A DNA stretch of 26,266 nucleotides from a virus. This document shows, one piece after another, positions 1 to 7,375 of the stretch. The DNA is taken from positions 104,254 through 130,519 of the IMG/VR virus record IMGVR_UViG_3300007102_000044. The stretch is one strand, 5' to 3'. How positions within the stretch are numbered: the first letter of the stretch is position 1; the number at the start of each line of letters is the position of its first letter. The notes under the pieces are model-generated. The model was not told the DNA's origin, did not search any database, and saw only the letters and a list, made by a program, of their open reading frames with translations. The position numbers and the translations under genes were made by a program.

Positions 1-2
1 AT

Positions 3-62
3 GAAGATAATGTTCTCGTATTTACCGCATTATTTAAGGTGAATGGAATCTCAATCACCTGA
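3..62 (+). CDS. 3' end of upstream gene, possibly gp3-like tail terminator (partial)
   Basis: Frame 3 is open from the window edge: EDNVLVFTALFKVNGISIT-TGA. gp3 precedes uvsY-uvsW in many T4-like phages. Only 19 residues are visible. Confidence 0.35.
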   Translation, partial: EDNVLVFTALFKVNGISIT

Positions 63-72
63 TTTTTTGCGG

Positions 73-80
73 TATAAATA
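73..80 (+). promoter_or_regulatory. Canonical T4-type late promoter TATAAATA
   Basis: Exact TATAAATA in the intergenic gap, 27 nt upstream of the likely uvsY ATG (108). The 8-mer can occur by chance in AT-rich DNA. Confidence 0.5.
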
Positions 81-107
81 TATTTGATTGGATTTAGGAG
101 GGTAATA

Positions 108-506
108 ATGAAAATAACAGAGCTTATGAAAGAGGTAGAGGAAGATTTTAATTTTACAAAGGAGAATATAGGAGAGAAGGTGTTTTCCGCACCATCACTA
201 CATTCAAAATATTTGAATTTATATCTAAGAGAGTTTACAAAATATACAAACATGTATAAACAGATAAAACAGATGTATAGGAAGAAGTATTACTATTACA
301 AGGAAGATTTTTCGTATAGTCTTTCACAGAAAGAGATAGACTTTCATATAGATTCAGATGATGATTATGCAGACCTTTATAAACAATATTGCTCACAAAA
401 AGCTATTGTTGATTATTTGGATTCTATAGTTAAGAAATCACAGCAGATTAGCTTCGATATAAAGAACATTCAGGTGCACCTTGACAGAATTAACGGGGTG
501 GTGTAA
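108..506 (+). CDS. uvsY: UvsY recombination mediator protein
   Basis: PSLHSKYLNLY, KKYYYY, IDSDDDY and FDIKNI match the UvsY pattern, and the gene is adjacent to uvsW. Start moved from TTG 84 to ATG 108, which follows the AGGAGG SD. Confidence 0.85.
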   Translation: MKITELMKEVEEDFNFTKENIGEKVFSAPSLHSKYLNLYLREFTKYTNMYKQIKQMYRKKYYYYKEDFSYSLSQKEIDFHIDSDDDYADLYKQYCSQKAIVDYLDSIVKKSQQISFDIKNIQVHLDRINGVV

Positions 507-509
507 AAT
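481..509 (+). promoter_or_regulatory. Putative sigma70-type promoter (TTGACA-N17-TAAAAT)
   Basis: TTGACA at 481-486, 17-nt spacer, TAAAAT at 504-509. Would fire toward uvsW. Confidence 0.45.
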
Positions 510-702
510 GGCTGTTTATAATTTAATATATAGGTTTCATGATATCAATACGAATGATAATTTGTTTGTAATGGAATATCATGATGATATACCACTTTTA
601 TTACATGAGATAACAGAAATTGCACAAGATGTTGCTGATGAACATTTTATGAGAATATCACAAATTGGAGTAGATTTAGTAAATAGTAATGATTACAATT
701 AA
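508..702 (+). CDS. Small acidic hypothetical protein (64 aa)
   Basis: ATG immediately after the uvsY stop with GGGGTGG upstream. Fills the uvsY-uvsW gap and overlaps the uvsW start. Confidence 0.6.
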   Translation: MAVYNLIYRFHDINTNDNLFVMEYHDDIPLLLHEITEIAQDVADEHFMRISQIGVDLVNSNDYN

Positions 703-2257
703 GAAATTAAATGAAAGTTTTTTACATATAGATTGCAATGGTGATGCTTTTAAAACGGTTAGAAATGCCTTTAGCTTTAAATCTAAGAATTATTGGTTTC
801 ATCCACTGTATAAAAGCAAGAAATGGGATGGTACTATATCTCTTTTCAAAGATTTTAGATTACCAATTGGATTTAAAGATGATGTTTTAAACTTATTCAA
901 CAGCAAAGGGTATGAGTATGAATGTTCTGGTAATTTAGAAAACTATGATTTCGGATATACTAGACAAGAACTGATTGATTTTGTTCATAATGATTTACGC
1001 CCTACTGCTTTCAATATTGACACCAAACAAATTGAAAATCTGATACTTAAAGAATATCAAGTTGATGCTATTATGCAGTTTTTAACTGATAATAAAGGTG
1101 TGACAATAAGCCCCACATCATCAGGCAAGTCGTTAATTCTTTATGTAATATGTCAGATATTATTGAAGCTTGATAGTAATATAAAAGTATTGATTCTAGT
1201 TCCAAAGACTTCACTTGTAGAACAAATGTATGGAGACTTTAAAGAATATTCAATGAATACTAAGAAGTATGAGATAGAATCAAAGATGCAAAAGATATAC
1301 ACAGGTTTTACAAAAGATATATCATCAAATATAGTAATATCAACATGGCAAAGTTTACAAAATAATGATACAAAGTATTTTGATATGTTTGATGCTTGTT
1401 TAGTGGATGAAGTTCACTCAGTTTGTGAAAGTGGTGATGATGGTAAGAAGATTCGAAAAATGCTTGAACAACTGACGAATGCAATATTTAAATTTGGTGT
1501 TACTGGAACATTATACGATGGTGATGCTGAAAAGATGAGTATTCAAGCTCAATTTGGTAATATTAAACAATATGTCTCCACTAAAGACTTAATGGAAGAT
1601 GGAACTGTTACTAAAACCCATATAACAAACATAGTATTAGACTATTCACAAGAAGATAGAAAAACTGTTGCAAGAAAGAAGCATGAGTATTTAGATGGTA
1701 ACGGTGATAAAAAGTATAAGTATGGGATGACCTTTAAAGAGGAATCAGACTTTTTAACAGCACATGAGGATAGATTCAAATTCATTATAAAGCTATGTTA
1801 CAAGCTAAAAGGGAATAATCTGATACTGTTTAAAGATGTTAAAAATGGTTATGGTAAGAAGATATATGAGGCGTTGAAAAAGTTAGGTAAAGAAGCTTAT
1901 TATGTTGACGGTCTGACTAAAACAAAAGACCGTGAAGAAATTAGAAAGATTGCTGAACGTTCAAAAGATATATACATAGTTGCATCATACAAAACCTTTT
2001 CAACTGGTATTAATATTAAGAAACTTCATAATATTGTGCTTGCAGAATCAACAAAGTCAAAGATAACTATACTACAGTCAATTGGTAGAATTCTTAGAAA
2101 GCACTACACAAAATCTATTGCTAGGATATATGATATAGTTGATGACCTTAGATATAAAAGGCGTAAAAACTATACCTTGAAACATTTTTTACAGAGAGTT
2201 GAATATTATGAACGTGAAGGACATGATTATTCGGTTAAGAAGATTGATTTGAAATGA
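689..2257 (+). CDS. uvsW: UvsW SF2 DNA/RNA helicase
   Basis: Walker A SPTSSGKS, Walker B DEVH, GVTGT, motif V STGINIKKLHN, motif VI QSIGRILR, and N-terminal YKSKKWDGTISLF typical of UvsW. Confidence 0.95.
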   Translation: MITIKKLNESFLHIDCNGDAFKTVRNAFSFKSKNYWFHPLYKSKKWDGTISLFKDFRLPIGFKDDVLNLFNSKGYEYECSGNLENYDFGYTRQELIDFVHNDLRPTAFNIDTKQIENLILKEYQVDAIMQFLTDNKGVTISPTSSGKSLILYVICQILLKLDSNIKVLILVPKTSLVEQMYGDFKEYSMNTKKYEIESKMQKIYTGFTKDISSNIVISTWQSLQNNDTKYFDMFDACLVDEVHSVCESGDDGKKIRKMLEQLTNAIFKFGVTGTLYDGDAEKMSIQAQFGNIKQYVSTKDLMEDGTVTKTHITNIVLDYSQEDRKTVARKKHEYLDGNGDKKYKYGMTFKEESDFLTAHEDRFKFIIKLCYKLKGNNLILFKDVKNGYGKKIYEALKKLGKEAYYVDGLTKTKDREEIRKIAERSKDIYIVASYKTFSTGINIKKLHNIVLAESTKSKITILQSIGRILRKHYTKSIARIYDIVDDLRYKRRKNYTLKHFLQRVEYYEREGHDYSVKKIDLK

Positions 2258-2273
2258 GATAAATAATAAAAAG
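2257..2273 (+). promoter_or_regulatory. Conserved 17-nt motif copy 1 (putative late promoter)
   Basis: AGATAAATAATAAAAAG, ending 19 nt upstream of ATG 2293. Confidence 0.7.
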
Positions 2274-2292
2274 AGATTGAAAAGGAGAATAT

Positions 2293-2493
2293 ATGAATAT
2301 TGAGATTGAAAAAGATATAACAAAGGCTATCGAATATAAGATAAAGGATATGTTCAAGATACTTGAGTTTAAAAAGAATACTCCTAAGAATAGGATGATT
2401 TTTATTGAACTTATTCAGGTTGTATTTGATATAGCACTTGAAGACTTGACACTAGAATCTGATATCACAGACAGTATTTTTAGATTTGGTTAA
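2293..2493 (+). CDS. Hypothetical protein (66 aa)
   Basis: Strong SD AAGGAG. The TAATG stop/start overlap couples it to gp4. Confidence 0.7.
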   Translation: MNIEIEKDITKAIEYKIKDMFKILEFKKNTPKNRMIFIELIQVVFDIALEDLTLESDITDSIFRFG

Positions 2494-2924
2494 TGAAATA
2501 TTATCAAGGGATATATAAACCAGTATACCCTGAAAAATGGATTACAAATGGGAATCCAGTAATATATAGAAGTGGTTTGGAGAAAAAGATTTTCTCTTTC
2601 TTGGAAGCATCACCTTCTGTTATAGAAATTGCATCAGAAGAGGTAAAGATTCCATATGTTAAACCACAAACTAATCGTTGGCATACATATTTTGTTGATT
2701 TGTATATAAAGGTTAAAGATAAGAATGGTGATATAAAAAAGTATCTCATAGAGATTAAACCAGATGCTTTTATTAGACCACCAGCAAACCCCAAACGCAA
2801 GACTAAATCATATCTCAAAAAGGTTGATGATTGGATAGTCAATCAAGCAAAGTGGAAATTTGCTGAAAAGTTTTGTGAAAAACATGATATGGGATTTAAA
2901 ATAATAACGGATAAGATGATATGA
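2493..2924 (+). CDS. Head completion nuclease, T4 gp4-like (TnsA-type PD-(D/E)xK fold)
   Basis: YQGIYKPVYPEKW, YRSGLE, SEEVKIPY, HTYFVD, IEIKP and VNQAKWKFA match gp4. Confidence 0.9.
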   Translation: MKYYQGIYKPVYPEKWITNGNPVIYRSGLEKKIFSFLEASPSVIEIASEEVKIPYVKPQTNRWHTYFVDLYIKVKDKNGDIKKYLIEIKPDAFIRPPANPKRKTKSYLKKVDDWIVNQAKWKFAEKFCEKHDMGFKIITDKMI

Positions 2925-3193
2925 ACGATTTTAAGGACTTATATGAAATGTCATGGATAATGTATGGTGATGAGAAGATATTTGACTTAGAACTAGAATT
3001 AATCAAGTCTAAGGATGAATTTATTGCTCACATGCGTAAAATCTTACGTGGCGGTTTTATGAAAGATAAATATGGTAACAGTATAAAACTTAGAAATAAA
3101 GATAAAAAAGAGTTTATTGATGTTCTCAAAGACGATATGTATTTTAATACACGCCTTAAAGAATATGGTTTAACACTTAAGGATGTGATGTAA
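2921..3193 (+). CDS. Hypothetical protein (90 aa), candidate internal head protein
   Basis: ATGA overlap with gp4 and TAATG overlap with the next gene. N-terminus MNDFKDLYE resembles T4 capsid-targeting sequences. Confidence 0.7.
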   Translation: MNDFKDLYEMSWIMYGDEKIFDLELELIKSKDEFIAHMRKILRGGFMKDKYGNSIKLRNKDKKEFIDVLKDDMYFNTRLKEYGLTLKDVM

Positions 3194-3690
3194 TGATAAA
3201 TTTTCAAGAGTTGTTTGATGGATTTCAGAGAGGCAATTTTGGATTTGTTAGTGTCTCGTTAGATATAGATTCAGCAAATAGTCTATATGACCTTTTAATA
3301 TCAATTGGTGTTTCCAATCCAGTTGAACCTGAAGAAATGCATGCAACAGTTGCATATGATGAGAATAACCCATATATCAAAGGATGTATTTCTAATAATG
3401 TGTATAAGATGTACGAACCTTTTAATATTGAACGAATGGGTAATGTTGGTTCTAAATGGGAAGCAATTGCTGTCCAGTTTACAAGTTCATCATTGAAATT
3501 TAGACACAATGATTTTGTTGAAATGGGTATTAAATCAAAATATCCTTCATTCATACCACATCTCAGTTTGGTTTATCAACCAGATATTGAGGATTTGAAT
3601 AAAATAATTAATAATCAAGCTAAAATTATTGAAATTTTACAAAATGCTGTTTTAAAGAATGAACAGTGGAAAAGTGTTATAAAGGATTAA
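3193..3690 (+). CDS. acb1: Anti-CBASS 2H phosphodiesterase, Acb1 / T4 gp57B-like
   Basis: Two HxT/S motifs (H50 HATV, H123 HLSL). Context VSNPVEPEEMHATVAY and LKFRH...FIPHLSLVY parallels T4 Acb1 as recalled (VPNPVPREKIHSTICY, LRCRH...YTPHITLSY). Confidence 0.85.
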   Translation: MINFQELFDGFQRGNFGFVSVSLDIDSANSLYDLLISIGVSNPVEPEEMHATVAYDENNPYIKGCISNNVYKMYEPFNIERMGNVGSKWEAIAVQFTSSSLKFRHNDFVEMGIKSKYPSFIPHLSLVYQPDIEDLNKIINNQAKIIEILQNAVLKNEQWKSVIKD

Positions 3691-3699
3691 TAATTTTAA

Positions 3700-4224
3700 A
3701 TGGCTAAATACCCACCAGAATCTAGTTATCTATTAGCAAAGATAACAAAGAATGACCCTACTTTACAGAAGAAAGATAAGCGTATCAAGTTAGGTAGTCT
3801 TTGTGCGTGGTATTATCCAGACCCTAAATGGCAAAAAACAAATTATGATACAATACCACTTGTACTTATTTTGAATGCTGATAAAACACATGTGTTTGGT
3901 ATAAATTTACACTTTATAAGCTGGTCACAAAGACTTAGCTTTATGAAATATATTCTATCTAAAAAAGGTAGAGTTAAATATATAGATATTAAAAAAGCTT
4001 TTCAGAAAGCTAAAGTTCCACAAGCATTAGCTTATTATGCTCTGAGAAAATATTTAATATCTCATATAAGGTCTAATGTATTTGTCTTTGATGAAGATGA
4101 TTGGTATCGCCTTGCTAAAGATTTCGCACCTAAATTTGTGGGTGGTTCTGCACAACAAATTTATACCGATATCCAGAAGAGATTTACCGTGCAAAGAAAA
4201 AAGATAAATACTAAAAAGAAATAA
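3700..4224 (+). CDS. DNA end protector, T4 gp2-like
   Basis: Basic protein with DPK..., YDTIPLVLIL, GINLHFI and LRKYLISHIRS, characteristic of gp2. Confidence 0.8.
   Translation: MAKYPPESSYLLAKITKNDPTLQKKDKRIKLGSLCAWYYPDPKWQKTNYDTIPLVLILNADKTHVFGINLHFISWSQRLSFMKYILSKKGRVKYIDIKKAFQKAKVPQALAYYALRKYLISHIRSNVFVFDEDDWYRLAKDFAPKFVGGSAQQIYTDIQKRFTVQRKKINTKKK
4202..4218 (+). promoter_or_regulatory. Conserved 17-nt motif copy 2 (putative late promoter of portal)
   Basis: AGATAAATACTAAAAAG (1 mismatch), inside the 3' end of gp2, ending 19 nt before portal ATG 4238. Confidence 0.65.
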
Positions 4225-4237
4225 AGGTATGTAATTA

Positions 4238-5731
4238 ATGAATATAAATATTGGTAGTTTTAAAGAACTGAAAAGTATATTTAAAGATGTTGATGATTCT
4301 ACTAAATCAAAAATAAGAACACTATCAATTGAATTAGATGACCCAGAACTTCCTATCATAGATACGAATAATGGGGCTTTTTATTTTGACGATGGTACGC
4401 AAAAGTTTGATTCGATATATAATCTTGTATCAACTTATAGGGATATGAGCGCATATAATGAAGTTGACGATGCTATTCAAGAGATAGTTAATGAGTGTAT
4501 CGTTAATGAAGAAGGTAATGTTTGCGAAGCTAATCTTGACAATGTTGAACTTTCCAAGAGTCTGAAGAATAAGTTTATTGAAAATTTCGAATATATTTTA
4601 AAAGTTCTCAAATTTAATAAAAGGGCTGATGATATTTTCAGACAGTGGTATGTTGATGGTAGACTTTATTTATATTTAATATATGACCCAAACAATGAAA
4701 AAAGGGGTATTGTTGATATTGAAATATTAGACCCCCTGAAAATTAAAAGATATCAAAAGGTTGATGATAACAAAATCTATTATCAGTATGAGAAAGATGA
4801 TGTTACCATTCAATACGGTCTGTTTAAAGAAAAGGGTGTGAGTGGTATAATTATTCCAGAAGATTATATTGTTTTCATTCCATCAGGTAAACTTGATGGC
4901 GATAATGATTATTATGTTTCATATCTTCATAAAACTATAAAACCGTTAAATCAGCTTAAATTGCTTGAAGATTCGGCTATCATATATAGATTAACACGTG
5001 CGCCTGAGCGAAGGGTTTTTTATATTGACACAGGAAACCAATCAAAATCTAAAGCACAAGCTTATATGAAAGAAATAGCTGAAAAGCTTAGAAACAGACT
5101 CACGTATGATGTTGTTTCAGGTTCTATATCACAGCGCAAGTCAACACTAACAATGCAAGAGGATATATTTTTACCAAGAGGTAGTAATTCAAGGTCAACC
5201 GATGTTGATACATTACAAGGTGGTATGAATATATCTGAAATTGCGGATATAGAGTATTTCAAAAATAAACTATACAACAGTTTCAATGTTCCAGTTGGTA
5301 GATTTTCAAATGACAACCCAAGTATGATTGATTTTTCAAGAGCATCGGAATTGCCATATGATGAAATGCGTTTCAGTAAATTCTGTAGAAAACTTCAGTC
5401 TATTTTCAGTCAAGTATTTTTAGAACCACTTAAGAAACATCTTATCATAACAAAAGTTATGTCAGATAAAGATTGGTCTAACTATATAGAAGATTCTGTA
5501 TATATAGAATGGAATAAAGATAATACTTATGTTGAAGCTAAAAAACTGGAAAATATGTCAAAACGATATGACATGGTAGATAGATTAGATGCTTATAAAG
5601 GTGTTTATATTTCTAAGAAAACTATTATGCAAGAAGTATTGGGAATGACAGAAGAAGAAATAGACAAAGAACAGGAACAGATGGACAAAGAAAAAGAAGA
5701 AGCTTCTGATGAACCTGAAAATGAATTCTAG
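4238..5731 (+). CDS. Portal vertex protein, T4 gp20-like
   Basis: EVDDAIQEIVNE, FRQWYVDGR, SYLHK.IKPLNQLKLLEDSAIIYRLTRAPERRVFYIDTGN and EDIFLPR are hallmark gp20 motifs. Confidence 0.97.
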   Translation: MNINIGSFKELKSIFKDVDDSTKSKIRTLSIELDDPELPIIDTNNGAFYFDDGTQKFDSIYNLVSTYRDMSAYNEVDDAIQEIVNECIVNEEGNVCEANLDNVELSKSLKNKFIENFEYILKVLKFNKRADDIFRQWYVDGRLYLYLIYDPNNEKRGIVDIEILDPLKIKRYQKVDDNKIYYQYEKDDVTIQYGLFKEKGVSGIIIPEDYIVFIPSGKLDGDNDYYVSYLHKTIKPLNQLKLLEDSAIIYRLTRAPERRVFYIDTGNQSKSKAQAYMKEIAEKLRNRLTYDVVSGSISQRKSTLTMQEDIFLPRGSNSRSTDVDTLQGGMNISEIADIEYFKNKLYNSFNVPVGRFSNDNPSMIDFSRASELPYDEMRFSKFCRKLQSIFSQVFLEPLKKHLIITKVMSDKDWSNYIEDSVYIEWNKDNTYVEAKKLENMSKRYDMVDRLDAYKGVYISKKTIMQEVLGMTEEEIDKEQEQMDKEKEEASDEPENEF

Positions 5732-5740
5732 GAGGAAGTA

Positions 5741-5893
5741 ATGTACATGGATATGTTAAAAAGTGTTGTTAATAAAGATTATCTAACTTTTAAAAAGAGT
5801 TTTGATGTGGTTGCTAAACGAATGGTAGCTCAAAAGTATGATTCTGATATTAAACCAAACGCTTTTAAGTTTAATTCACAAAAAGATAAATAA
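5741..5893 (+). CDS. Small prohead core protein, gp67-like (50 aa, not in ORF track)
   Basis: AGGAGG SD, then MYMDMLKSVVNKDYLTFKKSFDVVAKRMVAQKYDSDIKPNAFKFNSQKDK. Its position between gp20 and gp21 and its helical pattern fit gp67. Confidence 0.7.
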   Translation: MYMDMLKSVVNKDYLTFKKSFDVVAKRMVAQKYDSDIKPNAFKFNSQKDK

Positions 5894-5900
5894 TAAAAAG
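5884..5900 (+). promoter_or_regulatory. Conserved 17-nt motif copy 3
   Basis: Perfect AGATAAATAATAAAAAG, ending 15 nt before the gp21 ATG. Confidence 0.7.
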
Positions 5901-5915
5901 TAAGTAGGTAAACGA

Positions 5916-6593
5916 ATGTCTTATAATTTGTTAAAAGAATATACAGGTGATGTCCAAACGGGTTCAGTTATTGATGAATCTACTGGAAAAAAATCTTGGT
6001 ATATTGAAGGTATTACTATCCAGACTGAACGTAAGAACAGAAATGGACGTATATACCCATTACAAATGATGCAAGAGTGTGTCAATAGATATAAATCTGA
6101 ATGGATGGATAGTAAAAGAGCATTAGGCGAATTGAACCATCCTACAGATGGACGAACAAATGTTGACCCAAAGGAAGCATCACATATTTTCACAGAAGTT
6201 AGACAAGATGGGAATAACTTTATCACTAAGGCAAAAATTTTAAATACTCCTTGTGGTAATATTGTTCAAAATCTTTTGGAAGATGGTGTTCAACTTGGTA
6301 TTTCATCAAGAGGACTTGGAAACCTGAGAGAGTCAAACGGTGTAAAATATGTAGCAAATTATCATCTTGTGACACTTGGTGATATAGTTACAGACCCTAG
6401 CGCACAAGACGCATTTTTGAAAGGTTTTATGGAGTCCGTTGAATATGAGCTTGTTAATGGTAAATTTGTTAGAAAAGAAATTAATGAGTCAATGGATAAA
6501 TACAAAAAGATGATAGAAGAGTCATCTAAAGAAGATATTCAGAATGCTGTTATGTCAGTTATGAAAGATTATCTTAATAAGTTTAAGTCTTAA
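5916..6593 (+). CDS. Prohead protease, T4 gp21-like
   Basis: KNRNGRIYP, ALGELNHP, ILNTPCG, GISSRGLG (catalytic Ser) and DIVTDPSA. Confidence 0.96.
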   Translation: MSYNLLKEYTGDVQTGSVIDESTGKKSWYIEGITIQTERKNRNGRIYPLQMMQECVNRYKSEWMDSKRALGELNHPTDGRTNVDPKEASHIFTEVRQDGNNFITKAKILNTPCGNIVQNLLEDGVQLGISSRGLGNLRESNGVKYVANYHLVTLGDIVTDPSAQDAFLKGFMESVEYELVNGKFVRKEINESMDKYKKMIEESSKEDIQNAVMSVMKDYLNKFKS

Positions 6594-6602
6594 TTTAAAA
6601 AA

Positions 6603-6619
6603 AGATAAATAATAAAAAG
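6603..6619 (+). promoter_or_regulatory. Conserved 17-nt motif copy 4 (gp22-gp23 operon)
   Basis: Perfect AGATAAATAATAAAAAG, ending 27 nt before the gp22 ATG. Confidence 0.7.
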
Positions 6620-6646
6620 TAATAGAATACAAAGGAGAAATAATAA

Positions 6647-7360
6647 ATGGAACAACTTATCGAGATGTTTAAAGCTAAACTCGGTGAAGATGTTATGACA
6701 GAAGACGTTATTAGCAAATTCAAAGCAGAATTTGACCTTGCTGTGGCTGAATCTGTTAAAACAAAAGTAGCTGATGAAGTTGATGTTATTAAGGAAGAAA
6801 AAGAGCAACTTGTTTTAGAATTTAAAGATGATATTCTCGCAACTATGAAAGAATATTTTAATAGAAGTATGACAGAATTTGTTGCTGAAAACACTGTTGC
6901 TATGGAAGCAGAATTTAAAGTTGAAATGGCTGAAAAGTATATGAAAACTGCTATGGATGCATTCCAAGAGTGTTATGTCACAATTCCAGAAGAAAAAGTA
7001 GATGTTGTAAAATCACTTGAAGCTGAAAATAATGACATAAAAGATAAATATAATCAAGCCGTGAATGAGTCTATTGAGAAAGATGCTCAAATACTTGAAT
7101 ATGAAAAGAGTATAGCTTTCATGGAAATGACTGATAAACTCACAGATGTTCAAAAGGAAGAAGTTAAAAGTGTTCTTGAAATGACTGATGTGAAGTCACT
7201 GGAAGATTATAAAGCTAAAGCTGGTGTTCTCATTGAAAGATTCGCTTCAGATTCCACTGATAATAAAGAGGATGTGATTGAAGAAAAATTTGAATCTAAA
7301 GAAGAGAAGATTGAAGAAAAGAAAGAAGATAAAAAAGAAAAGAAAAAATACTTAGTATAA
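6647..7360 (+). CDS. Prohead scaffolding core protein, T4 gp22-like
   Basis: Acidic coiled coil between protease and capsid genes, with motifs FVAEN and YVTIPEEKVDVV. Confidence 0.9.
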   Translation: MEQLIEMFKAKLGEDVMTEDVISKFKAEFDLAVAESVKTKVADEVDVIKEEKEQLVLEFKDDILATMKEYFNRSMTEFVAENTVAMEAEFKVEMAEKYMKTAMDAFQECYVTIPEEKVDVVKSLEAENNDIKDKYNQAVNESIEKDAQILEYEKSIAFMEMTDKLTDVQKEEVKSVLEMTDVKSLEDYKAKAGVLIERFASDSTDNKEDVIEEKFESKEEKIEEKKEDKKEKKKYLV

Positions 7361-7375
7361 TAGGAGAAATAATAA

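Noticed and set aside
84-107. Longer upstream starts given in the ORF track (84, 481, 22522, 25326)
   Set aside because: Downstream ATGs fit better by SD, stop-start coupling, signal peptide or homologous N-terminus.
2493-2924. TnsA-like nuclease as transposon or homing endonuclease
   Set aside because: The motifs and size match the core T4 gp4 head completion protein, and no transposon genes or ends are present.
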